From NCBI GenBank assembly GCA_020137815.1, contig CM035357.1:4464001-4528000 (forward strand): a stretch of 64,000 bases of DNA, written 5' to 3'. The notes below the pieces were generated by a model, which was not told where the DNA came from, did not search any database, and saw only the letters and a list, made by a program, of their open reading frames with translations. Positions 1 to 35,349 of the stretch are shown here, piece after piece. This DNA comes from Hormiphora californensis (lineage: Eukaryota; Animalia; Ctenophora). The first letter of the stretch is position 1, and each line of letters starts with the position of its first letter. Both the position numbers and the translations under genes were made by a program.

Positions 1-15836
<15,836 letters not shown>

Positions 15837-16498
15837 GACTGATATATATTATTGGGATAGAGATACCATATATGGGGAAATAGAGGCTGGCATACACAGG
15901 GTGTAAAACTACAAGAAGTGTTGTTTATATAAGACAACCTAATAATGGGAATTAGTATAACTTATACATAATTATATAAACATTAACCCTCTAGCAGGGA
16001 GAGAGAGTGTGGGTAGAGTGTATATGACGATTTACATCGTGTTTTTTCTGTGTACGTAGGAGACGTGCAATGTGAATTAAGATGAAAAAGACGTGTTTTT
16101 CTGCGTGTTTATTACGCAGACCGAGTGCAAAATGAGGAAAAAAGAGTTTATGTGAGTGAGAGAAAACGAAAGAGAGAGAAAGAGACAGAGTGAGAATATA
16201 GCTCGGGTGACGTGTCAGTGTATCTCATATCACCACAGAGTCGCCTTTCGGGCCGATGAGGATTGTTTTTCAGTACAGAATTAACAAGTGGTTGTATGTG
16301 TGTGAGAGTGTGTGTGGGGTGAGTAATAAAATTATTGTTTCTATTCTCCGGGGAGAGTGTTGCCATTGTTTTTCTCTTTTGCACTAAAAAACCACCGAGT
16401 TTAATTTGTTGGGTGTGGACTAAGATGAAGATATGGGTCGAGTTTCATCCCCAATAAATCATCATCATCATCATGGCAGATGATCCTTTGGGATGACC

Positions 16499-16567
16499 AT
16501 GTTCATCAAATTCCCTGTCCCGCGGACAGTGTCGGACACTGTCCCGGACAGGGAATTTGATGAACAC
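16499..16567. repeat. Short palindrome, probably the end of a non-autonomous element
   Basis: gttcatcaaattccctgtcc-cgcggacagtgtcggacactgtcc-cggacagggaatttgatgaac. Confidence 0.6.
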
Positions 16568-17254
16568 GGACCCGGAAATTGGCGGAAAATAGTTCTCTGT
16601 CCGCGCCGCAGTTTTGCGTGTGATACGCGCGAGACAAGTTAAACAAGTGTCATCGCGCGTTACCCGAAGCAACACCCACAATTGTGACCGAGATTGGGCC
16701 ACATAAAATCAGAGAACGGAAACAGGCGGGGGCGTTTTTATTTATTTCCAGCCAACAAAGTCATCGAAAACGGAAAACACATTTATTATGTGGGGGAATA
16801 TGAAATATATAGCGGGGGTTTCACATAAAATGCTCTTCACACACAAAATAGTACACACTTTAAACTTTAAACGTCACACCGTTGTTCGAACCCGGTGGGG
16901 TCGAGCAAGGCAATCACTCAGTAAATCAGAAATGTCCGAAAATCCTCCAAGATCTTGGGCGAGTTTCTTCGACGCATTTTACTGATATCTGAGATGGGAC
17001 AGCAGCTGGTCTTTCAGATATAGGGGGTCGATGGTCTAGTTGTACTGAAAAAATAAACGGTGTTACATGGAATTTGGGGTTTGGTTTCATTTCTATCTTT
17101 ATTTTATTGAGTTTTCTTTGACGCATATTATGTGTGACTACTGAATACACGTACTGACTGCACCACAGCTTGATTTACTCTTATTATTGAACCACCCAAC
17201 AGCTTCATTAGAAAAGCGATGTCATTTGGAATTGTAAATCCAAATAGGAGCTGC

Positions 17255-23059
<5,805 letters not shown>

Positions 23060-23359
23060 AGCTAAATTAGGATTTATACGTTTTGTTGGTAAATCATTTC
23101 GTTTAGAAAACCTTTTTAATTTGAGAAAGATATTATAATAATCGCAATGAAGAGAGATCATTGGTTACAGAGAGATTATATATCCTATATGTCGCTCGAC
23201 CCTGTTTCAACAAAACAAAAAATATCTCTAAACTCACAAGTTATAATATGATCATTTTGTCGTAAATATATTTAGTCAGGTTAGGTTGCAAATGTCTTCT
23301 GAGAAACATGGTTAAAGATCAAGTTTGAGAAAGAGAGACAGAGAGAGACAGAGAGAGAG

Positions 23360-23390
<31 letters not shown>

Positions 23391-24275
23391 TACAGAGAGA
23401 GGGGGCTCTCTCACACTCTCACGTCTAACATAATTTTCATCTCATTTTCGAGGATTTGGGATATGTTCCTTGGAATTGTTCCTGAACAGATTTCATCATT
23501 GACATTGAATTGTTCATACACACTGTGCCATGGCCAGGCGACTTAAATATTTTTGTACTTATGGCGAGCAAACCAGGTCTCACAAACAATGTAAGTTGCT
23601 TGCATTATATTTTCGGTGTTTTCGTCCTACTTCAATTAAAACCCAATATATTTTGGCTCTTTTCCTGTCCTGTTTCATTTTAATATCCTGGCACTATAGA
23701 AAGTATAGAAAGCAATTATTAGATATGAAACTGAAGTTGGAACTGGAACATTTCCAACAACTTTATTTCACATATTGCTCCATCGATAAATTCCATTTGT
23801 GAGGAAGGGTGCGCCCCTTTCTTTTAAAGAAATGAAGCAACGTGTTCTCAAAATGCATTAAAAAGCTCTATTTTCTTGTAAGCTTTATTTCCATTATCTC
23901 ATTCTTCAAACTAACTTGTTGCTAAACTCATTAAAGTAGTTGGTAGTTCATATATAAGCAAGTATGGACAAAAGGTGGTGAATATAAAGGGTACTCAGTC
24001 GGTATCTGGTGGTACCAGCTACCTTTCTAGTTGCTCCTTCATTCATCAAAGTAGTCGGATGATCCTTTCTAGAATACAGAAATTATATTTTCCTTTACAG
24101 TCTAAATAAAATAAGATTTTGAAGGTCTTGTTTACTGAAGCCCACTCAAAATAAAACGACAGCTTGGCTCTCCCTGCATTATCAAATACCAGAATATACT
24201 TTTCATGTTAGAGAGATATGTTAGAGAGATTAGAGATAATATTGTTAGATTGATATGTTAGAGAGATTAGAGATA

Positions 24276-24447
24276 CAGTCGGACCCCGATTTAACAGCCC
24301 CCGATTTAACGGCACCCCGATTTAACGGCAGGATAATCTTCCCCCGATATAGGAAACTAACAGCTCTTGACCCCGATTTAGCGGACACCCCGATTTAACG
24401 GACAAAACCCTTTCCCCTGAGGGTGCCGTTAAATCGGGGTCCGAATG
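24276..24447. mobile_element. Tc1/pogo-type MITE; related fragments at ~11600-11730 and ~22850-22890
   Basis: TA|CAGTCGGACCCCGATTTAAC ... GTTAAATCGGGGTCCGAATG|TA, with internal ccccgatttaac repeats. Confidence 0.8.
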
Positions 24448-25427
24448 TAATATTGTTAGATTGATATGTTAGAGAGATTAGAGATAATATTGTTAGATTG
24501 ATATGTTAGAGAGATATTGTTGTAGAGATAATATATGCTGTAATATAAGACATAATAAGACATAAAGCCATACGCCGCAGTAATATATCCACCATGCGTC
24601 TCGCGTCAACCTATTTTACAATCCTGAATTCTTTTCTACATGGAGATCAAGAAAAACTCTCCTCTGCAGCTCTGTAGGCAATGAGTTGTTTCCTCTGTGA
24701 CATTTTGTTGTTTCTTTGTTTCTCTACGCAATTTATATTCGTATTTTAAATAGGTTGAGAAACTTTTAGTTGCGATTTTATTTGTGCTTTGCGTTGTAGC
24801 TGAAGGTGCTGCAGTGAGAGAGAAACAGGGATAATGCAGGTGAGATGAGAGTTTGTTAGTTTGGGAGAGAGAAAGAGGGAGAAAGAGGAGAATGAAAGAG
24901 GGAGAGGGTCGTGGCTGACGATTAAACAAATGCACAGTAAAAAGAGGCGCCTGATCTCTGTACATACTATTGCTCATAGAAGATCTAAGTGGGGCAAGAG
25001 ACGCATTATAGCCACCCACTTCCATATTAGTTTCAGCAATTCGGTCTTCGTAAATATATAGAGGGAGAGAGAGGGAGAGAAAGAGAGAGAGAGAGAAAAT
25101 AGCCCGAGGACTGGGCTGAGAGTAGAGTCCGAGTGATAGTAGAGGAGATAAAGATAAAGTGGCGGCGCCTGTAAGTTAGAGAGATTTAAAGACATAGTTA
25201 GAAAGAAAGAGATAGTGACTCACTATTAGTGAGAGTGAGAGAGAGTGAGAGAGAGAGTGTGAGTGAGAGAGTAAGAAAGAGAGAGAGAGTGGGAGAGAGT
25301 GAGAGAGTAAGGGATAGTGAGAGAGAGGGAGAGAGGGCTGGAGATAGCGGCCGCCGCAGTATGGAGGAGAGAAGTGCTACTCTTCAACCTGAACAGATGT
25401 GTTATTGAGCACCTGCACATATAATGT

Positions 25428-25473
<46 letters not shown>

Positions 25474-25747
25474 CCCCCCCACTCAATAAATTATTAGCCT
25501 CCTTCGTGGCATTTTTTGTGCTCAGTTTTACTATAAAGGGACAATTAAGGTTACAATTAACCCTCTTTGTTGCTGTGGCCGTCTTTCAACTGACAACATT
25601 ATTCAGACTTCATTATGTTTGAATAAGGTTGTCAGTGCATATATTATGCTTTTAGTACTCGAACTATGCGATGGCAGCGAACATTTTACTATCCGACACG
25701 CCAAGAAGACGAATTCGAACATCTATTATTATGAAACCCCCTTACTA

Positions 25748-26166
25748 CTGTAAAACCATTAATTTTCGTGAGATTTTAATTTTCGCTCTTTATTTTTGGC
25801 TGGAAAATCCGCGAAAATTAATTCCGCGAAAATATTTTGGACAATTTTTTCACATAAAACTCGTGCAAATCATTTCAGGATGACACATTTTTTCACTTTT
25901 AGTACTAAGTCAGCGACAATCGGTTAATTGATTGGCTATATCTTAGAGCCAATCAGCAATGAGAAAATGCTCACACTTCATTGGTCTACGCCAAGCAGGT
26001 CTGGTATCTCATGGCAATGATGACTACACTCTTGGCGTAATTAGACAATAGACTAGGACCGTGAAATGGGGGTGGCAGTGGGATAAGCGAAAATTAAAAC
26101 CGCGAAAATAGTCAATTTTGATCGAATCGCGAAAATTAATGGTCGCGAAAATATCTGGTTTTACAG
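25748..26166. mobile_element. TA-flanked MITE (TACTGTAAAA type); partial copies at ~19730-19800 and ~45853-46035
   Basis: TA|CTGTAAAACCA...TTTTCG ... CGCGAAAATATCTGGTTTTACAG|TA. Confidence 0.75.
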
Positions 26167-27786
26167 TATATCAATGTCTATAGTTTATACCTATTTGAAC
26201 ACGTTTTTGTTCACGCCCTTATTGCGTCCTTAGCAGCTTGTTAAGATTGTATAAATAGTATTCTAGAGCTAGTATATTTTAAATGAATATATCAAATCAT
26301 GCGTCTTCTATCTCTCTCTCCCTCCCCCTCTCCCTGATCCATTTTTTCTATTTCTGTGAAAAAAAAACACAATGAACTCGTTCACATCCCCCCATCACCC
26401 ATGATAGATGTTTTATTCAGTGTTAGTGTCAGTTACTGTTCACTGTTCACTACTCACTTTCTTTGCCCTTGTCAGTGACGGTTCAAGACTTCCTTTGTCT
26501 AGGTACACCTGTGTCGTCTAGTCAGCTGTAAAATTAGCTCTAATATTATACTCCAGTGTATATAGGTACAATATATCATGGGGAGGGGGCAACTGCCATG
26601 CTAGTTTGATTCTTGAGGAACTATATAATTCTAGATAACCACAGTCTACCTAAATTAGCTATGCAATACATGAATGCATATTATGCGGAACCCGGTCCAG
26701 GGTCCTCTAGTCTTCATACCCCCCTGCGTCCTTTGTCCATTTACACTATTCTCACTTCTCGACCTAATTTATTTCATCAATTGAATTGCTCGTTCTATTA
26801 TTAATATTTCTCCTATCTACTTTTTCTAGATCACTAGCTGGTATATATTACCTAATTGTACTGTTCATTGTTCATATATAATTATTGTTGAATGTTGTTC
26901 TCAGTTAAAGGCCACCTGAGACAGTCTGAACAAGGTCATTATCTATCATAATTTTCAGTGTACCCTTATTAGTCAAGCATTGTTCAGACTTTCTTCTGAT
27001 CAATGTAACTTGTCTTGTTCAGACAAGTTCCTTTCACTCCTAGTTGTCATTTCTAATTCACTGCTGACACTAGTCTTATTTTATCGGATTGGGCGACAAC
27101 TTCCAAAAACCCGACTTTATATGATCAGAGCCCCGCTCTACGCCGTTCTAGAATTATACCAAGAGCTGTCAATAGTGTCATTTTGTTAGACTATCATTAG
27201 AGAGTATTAGAGAGTATTGTTAGATTATCATAAGAGAGATCGCCTTGTGCTATACTACTATTTATCAGCTATTCTAGCACGACTCTTTTTATAGTGTCAT
27301 GTTATTACTGGCCTCTTCCAGGCTGGATGAGCGTGATTTTAGCACTATAATACCTTCCATGTCTTTCCTCTCTAACGCAAACTCTCCCATCCGCCAATCA
27401 CCTCCCCCTCTCTCTCTCTCCCAATTACATGTCTCTTACTACCAATCCTTGGTAGACCGGTGCACTACTGACCCCTCAATCCCTTGATATATATAAACGC
27501 TAACCATATCCCCTCAATCACTAGTTCTCGACAGTTCTCCCCAGTGCACTACTGACCCCCTCCCCCATCCCCATATTTATAAACCCTAACCCCCTCTCCC
27601 CCTCCCTAGCTATGAGCACCTCCTCTCCAGACAGCACAATGTCAGACCACATCATCATTGTCCCCTCCTCCCTCTCTAGTCTCTTCCTCCTTACTACTGA
27701 CCCCCTGCTAACCCCCTCTATCCCCCCTAGTTATGAGCACTCTGCACTACTGACCCCCTACTAACCCCCTTTATCCCTCCCTAGCT

Positions 27787-28907
27787 ATGAGCACCTCCTC
27801 TCCAGACAGCAGCACAATGTCAGACCACATCATCATGGTCCCCTCCTCCCTCTCATCTTCGCCCCTCTGGGACAGCTTGTTGGGCATCGCTCTAATCTGT
27901 TGTGCAGTCCTGGGTATTCCGGGGAATTTCCTGGCATCCCGGTATTTCATCTCCCGACATCGCCGGAACATTGGTAGTATCTTGTACATAACCATCAGCT
28001 ACACCGATCTATGCACATCATTCTCCCATCTCCCCATTGTCTTTTGTCTGTTTAACAACCGCAGACCGGTCTTCTTCGGTAGCCAGGGGTTGTGTGTCTT
28101 CTGGGCACTGTTCTTTAAGTATCTTCAGCGGTTTTCTATCTTCCTGGTCATGATATTGAGTGTGACACGGTGTCTGGCCATCACAATACCCTTTATAAAG
28201 CTCAACCGGCTGGCCCTGCTCGTATCCATTGGTTTCTACGCCGCACTTCTAATCACGGTAGACCTCTTCAAGCTTCGTCCAGATTCCTACAAATTCGTTT
28301 CCATTGGTCCATTTTGTACGGATAGTCCGCTGCAACAGGAAAGTGAGGACATCCCGGGGAACTACACCAGTTGGGTGACCATCACAAAGACGCTGACGAC
28401 GTTAGAGCTTGGAGTTCCTTCTGTCATCACATTCTTCAGCTTCGCAATTACCATCGCAAAGTTATCTCAGAATTGTAATAGCTTCATCCAGAAACAACGG
28501 AATAAAAGGGCTAGCGTTACCGCTGCGATCTTCACAGTGGTGTTTCTCCTGTGTAACCTGCCATTCTTCACCCTAATGGTACTGAACACGGTCACCAGAG
28601 CGGTAGGGGTACAAATATCCCGAGCCATTCTTCACATCACCGTTCATGGTGGAATACAGCTTCCTGGTCGCCAAGATAGTGCTAACTGTGCCTGAATGCA
28701 ACCATTAACCCGATAGTGTATTACCACCGTATCAGGGATTTCAGGAGGTGGATCTTGGAGGTGGCTGCTACGCATGCTCCTTTGGAGACGGGAGATGAGG
28801 AGGATGAGGATGAGGATGAGGAGAGGGATGAGAGGTGTGGACGAGGTCCTGATTGGATTCATCTCCAGGTGCTGAAACCTGAAACCTCTCCCAGCAGTGT
28901 CGTCTGA
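27787..28907 (+). CDS. Rhodopsin-class (family A) GPCR, single coding exon, with two apparent +1 frameshifts near 28610 and 28691 (pseudogene or homopolymer errors)
   Basis: TM1 GIPGN, TM2 SYTDL, TM3 LSVTRC (DRY-like), TM6 FLLCNLP. The shifted frames give YKYPEPFFTSPFMVEYSFLVAKIVLTV and then LNATINPIVYYHRIRDFR (NPxxY). Confidence 0.85.
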
Positions 28908-29187
28908 TGTGGGACTTTGTGTGTGGGATGGAGTGTCGGCAATGTATGGGACTGATGTCAAGTGGGATTGTGTGGTGATAGGACTTGATCGGTGTGTTAC
29001 ATATAATGCAACTTGATGACAAGTGACGGCACGACATTTTTCATTTTAATGTGTAGTAGTGTGTGCAATCCTGTGACATTTTGTGCGTCGGAGGTAATTG
29101 GGGATTCGTCCGTCTAGTCGAGCATATATTAAAGTAGGTCAATATCTCCAGGGAGAGAGAGGGAGAGAGAGAAGGAAGAGAGAGAGT

Positions 29188-29220
<33 letters not shown>

Positions 29221-32200
29221 AGAGAGAGAGAGAGAGAAAGAGTGAGAGAGAGGGGGGAGAGAGCACGAATTTGGATTCTGACTGATCTGAACAATAGTGT
29301 CAGAGTGATACAGATCATATCTTAGTTAGCGACGATGCATGAATTTTCCTCCTCTCTCATATATTTATATAATATCTGCTTCCATTGATCGTGGAGATGA
29401 CTGATTTATTATTTGGGGATGACTGTATTACAGATTGGCAAAAAGTTGTACGTGTGCAGTGCAGGGTATGTCGCCGGTGGGACGATTATTGAGAGACACA
29501 CCTGCCTATAATTAGGTAGCGGCCTCGAGCAGTGAGCACCCTCAATCTTTCTTTCTCTCTCACTCTATCTTTCTTACTCTCACCTTTTTATCTCTTTCTC
29601 CATCTCTCTCACTTACTATCACTATCACTCTCACTCCCTCTCTCACTCACTATCACTCTCACTCTTTCTCTCTCGCTCACTATCACTCTTACCTTTCTAC
29701 TTTATCTTTAACACAGTATGACTCTCCATCATATAGCTTTTAAATCTCTCATGACCGGCAGGGGATGAGTTTTTATACAGCATAATATACTACAGTAAAA
29801 TATTACTGTCTGCATATAATTGAGGAAGATGAAAAAGATGAAATTTTGTCTTTTAAATTGTGCTTTACAGAGGAAATGTAAATTGTGCTTTTAAAATATG
29901 TGTTTCCAGAGGAAATTTTATTTTTTTGCTGTTGTTTCAACCTGGCTTTTTTACTGAAATACCAGAATGAGCCATCATACAACTAACTAATTTCATACAA
30001 GGATGAAAATAAATGGGCTATCATGACAGCTTCCGTAGCTCTGACCTAAAATGAGACTATGATGTTACTAAAACACTAATTCTGCATGAGATAATATAAT
30101 GTATAAGTTTTGACGCAATGGTGTTAGCATAAGCCTTCACTCACTATTTTAGGTAACTCATCCCACAAAAACTATGCTCCATGGATTATGAAGTGGCACC
30201 GCATTTCAGAGTGTGGGGTCCTGACTCGTTCTGACCACCCTGAACCAGACCTGTCAACAAACTGTTTTTCTAGATTAAACCACCACTTTAAGTTCCGTGT
30301 ACTTTTGAAGTGTGCGTGAACAGGTCTATGGATCTCCATAATGATCAATAATATCTCTATTATAAGTTGGAGTTGGACGTCTTCGAAGTACTCGTGAGTG
30401 TGTCTTTAGGAGGGACGGCCTGGGCCAGATGGCCCAGCAAGTCCCTGATTGTCAGGAGACAGGTGCATAAGCCTCGGTCAGGGCAGGGTCCAGGGACTGC
30501 AAGCCCCGATGGGGGTTGAGGAAGCGAAGCCCCCCCCCCTGCCAGCGTTAAAATCAGGGTGTTTGGTGAGTGCTGACAAACGGTTTTTTAGGGTTAGGGC
30601 TAAAGTAGGGTTAGGGTTGGGGTTAGGCCTTCACATTTCCTACCAGATAAACTTTGAATTAGCCAAAACGGTTGAGTGGTTTGGGCTATGGCGGTTAGAG
30701 CCATTTTATTGGCAAATGCTGTTGGCCCCCGATAGGGGCCAGTAGTTTATCCAGCGCTCCCTTGCCAGAGCGAAAATGCTTCCTACACAGGATTCCTTTC
30801 AGCGCTTTTCAACCCGCACAGTAAGCATTGCTTTATCCTGCGCTGCCAGCAGGGGTGCGATTATAATCTGGGTGCCTTTCAGACTGTTTACAGGTGTGCG
30901 CTACCAAAAGAGTACACTTAGACTGACTTTTTCAAACGGCTATAGCCATGCACCCACATGGCCAATTTGAGTAAACTAAACGGTAACTGATAGAGAATCG
31001 ATAGCCCTAACCGATAACCCCAAACCAAACCTTAACCAGACCCTAACGGATAGCCCTAACCCGTCGCACGTGCTAAAACTACGAATTGTTAGCAATGAAA
31101 GGCACCCAGATTTTAACGTTTTCCTGCCAGCAGCGTTTACCAAGCGATGTCCCTGATTTTAAAGGCGTGATTATAATCTGGGTGCCTTGCAGTGTGTTTA
31201 CAGGTGCGTGCTGCCAAAAAAGTACACCTACAACCACTTAGACCGACTTTTTTCAAACGGCTATAGCCGCACAACCACATTGTCGATTTGAGTAAACTAA
31301 ACGGTATCTGATAGAGAATTGATGGTCCTAACCGATAACCCCAAACAAAACCCTAACCCGACCCTAACAACAGCCCTTACCCGTTGTTAGCAATGGAAGG
31401 CACCCAGATTTTAACGTTTTCCGATTTTAACTTTGCCCAAAAAAATCTTGGCAAACGTTAGCCTATGCTGCAGTCCCCAATGGAACTTGGAAGTCGTGGG
31501 AAACGCACGCACTAGAGGTCTGCAGCAGCGCATGCCAATGGCAACAGGCAAACGCTGCTGGCCCCCGGGATAAGGCACTTTCCCACGGTGGAAAATTTTC
31601 CCATGGGGCGTGGGAAATACCGTAAAAATTTCCACTTTTCAAAACAAAATAAAGTCCATTTTTATTCAACTGTTCACCCTCCAACTCGTGCGCGTCTAAA
31701 CTCTAAAGATTGTCAGGAACAAAATTTAGCACACGCAAATGGAATTAAGTGGAATTAAGTGAGCGCCCCCCGTTCGCATTATTAAAAATCGGACCGATTT
31801 TTAATAATGCGAACCGGGGGCGCGCAAAAAACTTTCCCACGCACCGTGGGAAAGTTTTTTTCCGATTGTTTCGATCATATCTCTGGCTCCTGATAAGATA
31901 AAGACCTGATCTTGGTTGCATTGAAAAGGTCTTAAAATTATCTTTCCGATACTTTTGGGAACAAGTCTTAATATTGTCAAGAACAGAATTTAGCATGCGC
32001 AAATGCCAAATGGAATTAAGTGGAATTAAGGTGCGCGCCGGGCGCGATTATAATCTGGGTGCCTTGCAGCGTCTTTACAGGTGCGCGCTGCCAAAAGAGT
32101 ACACTTAGACAGACTTTTTTCAAACGGCTATAGCCACGCAACCACATGACCAATTTGAGTAAACTAAACGGTAACTGATAGAGAATCGATAGCCCTAACC

Positions 32201-32808
32201 GATAACCCCAAACCAAACCCTAACCAGACCCTAACAGATAGCCCTAACCCGTCGCGCGCGCTAAAACTACGAATTGTTAGCAATGAAAGGCACCCAGATT
32301 TTAATGTTTTCCGTGCGCGCCCCCCGTTCACATTATAGTCGAATTTTTTATTTAAGCGACAGGCCGCCTGTCTGGCGCCGCGACCCATCTGAGCGCACTG
32401 TCATCAATTTGAGAATCAAATGGGGTATGTCGCCGCCATACAGCAGGCCGCCACGCACACAATTGGTTAATTGGTCATATCTCCGGTTCCTGATAAGATA
32501 AAGACTTGATTCTGGTTGCGTTGGAAAAATTTTATCTTTCCAATGGCACCAAGAAAAAGTCGCTAGCTTATCAGGAACCGGAAATCGATTTCAAGTGCTG
32601 CATTTTCATGCGCAGCGGCCTGTCGCTTAAATAAAAAATTGGACTTTATTAAAAATCGGACTTTAAAGTCAAATTTTTAATAAAGTGAACCGCTTGCGCG
32701 CGAAATGGTTTTCCCACGCACCGTGGGAAAGTTTTTTTCCGGTTGTTTCGATCATATCTCTGGCTCCTGCTAAGATAAAGACTTGATCCTGGTCGCGTTA
32801 GAAAGAGA

Positions 32809-32945
32809 TTATTATTATTATTATTATTAAATCTTGTATACATAATACATAACGCTTCTTTCTTGTAAGCTATACGGAATTAACTACTGAAAAGATTCAC
32901 TGCTGATTAGATTCTATGCTCTTGATTTCTCTAAACTTAGTGATA

Positions 32946-32976
<31 letters not shown>

Positions 32977-35349
32977 TATATTATATTAGTGCTGTAGTAA
33001 TATAATAGTTGTAACAGATAATGATTAATACAGTTAATAAATTAAGTAATGTAATAAGTTAATTAATTAATGTAATAAGTTAATAAGATAACAATAGTAA
33101 TAATGGTTAATTAAGCTATGTAATGTAGTAGAGAAAAGCTACATTACTAGGCTAAAGTAAAAATAGTGAAAAAGATTATTTTCACGGAATCACACGTAAT
33201 TCAAATTTTAAGACGAGTATTTAAGATAAGTAGAAAACTTAAGACTAATTTAGGACTAATTTAAGACTTAATTAAGACTAATTCAAGACTAATTTAAGAA
33301 TATTTAGAGACTAATTTATGACAATGAAGCTTGGATAACTAATTTACCTACTAAATAAAGTATAAACTTACGATAGCTGCTACGTTACGTCAATAGATTA
33401 TCATCAAATGTAGAATTCTCTAATATATGTGCTACTAGCATTCTGAACTTGCGTTTCACGTTTTTGTCTTGACAAAATATTAAGGGGATACGGTAGTTTA
33501 ATTCGTAGATGGCTAAAGAACTGAGCTCCTGTCTTAGAGCAGACACTGCCCCTGCAGATACACATTCAAATAGTTTGTGGTAAGATGAGTCGGGCAACAA
33601 CCCACACTCTAGGCATGTCGGAACGGACACCGTGCTGTCATGCTGCAGATACCGGAACGCAAAGTTCTGAAAACGTAGATTATGACCGTGAGTGAAGTCG
33701 ATAATCGCCGTAGATTCTCCTCTACTGAGAGCTCGATGGAGAAGAGGGGTGAGAACAACTTCCCTTGTGTTGACCAGTCTTCTCAAGTCCTCCACCGTGT
33801 GACTAGGTTCCAGCGTATATTCATCGGTTTTGAAAAGGTGTTCCATTTGTTGTTTGACGGTATCATCCCACAGTTTGTATCCGTAGTCGTCTATTTCTCC
33901 TTTGGTGTACAATAGCTGATCTCGCTCATAGTTTATCAAGTCACATCTTCTGAGAAAGCTCCTTCTTCTCGTAGCTGCCGGAACATTAGCATCTGTACTC
34001 TCCTGATCCTGGTCCTCCACCCATCGGAGATAGCATTTGGTCATGGTTAGATGATGTGCGAACTTATGGTACGGTTCCGAGTCAATTTGTAGAAGTTTGG
34101 CACTGATGCTATCCTCAGCTAGCAACCCTTTCAGCACAAATTTGATCGTCAGAATCCTCAAGGTGACTGCAAGAGGTGGTACTGTTGTGAGAAGGTCTCC
34201 TATCATGTTTGGGACATGAAACTGACTTCCCAGGATTTTCAGCTTGGCTCGAGCCATGAGGTCTTTAAAGCTTGATATCCGGTCTTCCAGCCAGAGAGGG
34301 GCCGCGTATAGTAGCTTCGTAAGCACCACTGTTTTGAAAAGTAAAGCCAACGAAGTACTATTCAGTCCATCCGTTCTAGTTGTGGATGTCGAGAGTCTAC
34401 TCCATGCAAACCAGCATTTCTTTAAGGTAAAGGACGCATGTTGTTGAAAGTTCAGGTCTTTGTCTAGGTAAACGCCCAAAACCTTGCTGGAATCTGCATA
34501 TAAAATTTCTTCATTGCCGAGGTAGAATTTTGGAAGTACTGTCGGTGGTTCTGATCTTTTAGGACGTACAACAAGGATTTCAGTCTTGTCTTTTCCACAG
34601 TTCACCACCAGCCGCCAAGTCCTACACCATTCGTGGATGTATTGTAGTACTCTTTGCATAGATGATTCACATTCTTTGTCTGTACCAGTGATAACTACAG
34701 TTCCATCGTCTGCAAATTTGAATGTTTCAGTGTGGTGACGAATATCAGTTGGTAAGTTTCAGTAGTCAGAAGATCTCCGATGTAAAGGATAAATAGGAGA
34801 GGCGAAAGTACTGCTCCTTGTGGTAATCCTGTGGTTCCACAGATTCTGGCTCGTCCCACCTTTCCGTTTATCTTCAAACTGACCAATCGGTTGCTAAGCA
34901 TAGAATGGAGTAACTTCAGGATTCTGCCATGTACTCCTAAGCGATGGATTTTGTAGATGAGGAGAGGAATCGGCACACTGTCAAAGGCCTTCTCGAAATC
35001 TATCAGCAAAAGATAGGCGGTTGCCTTTCTCCTACGGTTTTCATGTAGAGTTGCCAGCATTCGGTATAGATATCGAGTACAGCTCCGGTTTGGTAGAAAT
35101 CCTTCCTGTTCATCTTCGAGCAACGTTTCGCTATAGCAATGGTCCCTCATTCTTCGGTCTAACACCCTCTCAAAAAGTTTACCGATGTACATACTGATGG
35201 TGATAGGGCGGAAAGACCCCGGTTTGAGATATGAGCTCTTTCCTGCTTTCTTGATGAAGGAAACCGTTGATGCTCTCCAGGGCCATACTGAACACTTCAA
35301 ACACAAATCGAATAACTCGGCTAGAAAGTTTACTGCCCGACCTCCCATA
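32809..35349 (-). mobile_element. 5'-truncated non-LTR retrotransposon (APE-RT LINE type; clade not determined)
   Basis: 11-bp TSD TTAGAAAGAGA (32798-32808, 35350-35360), (TAA)n 3' tail, AT-rich 3' UTR, RT ORF. Confidence 0.9.
33385..35349 (-). pseudogene. LINE ORF2 reverse transcriptase plus C-terminal Cys/His region; frameshift near 34757
   Basis: FRPITI, QEGFLPNRS, IDFEKAFD, GLPQGAVLSPLLF; FADD lies in the next frame, followed by LGVYLDKDLNF and CLECG...HKLFEC. Confidence 0.9.
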
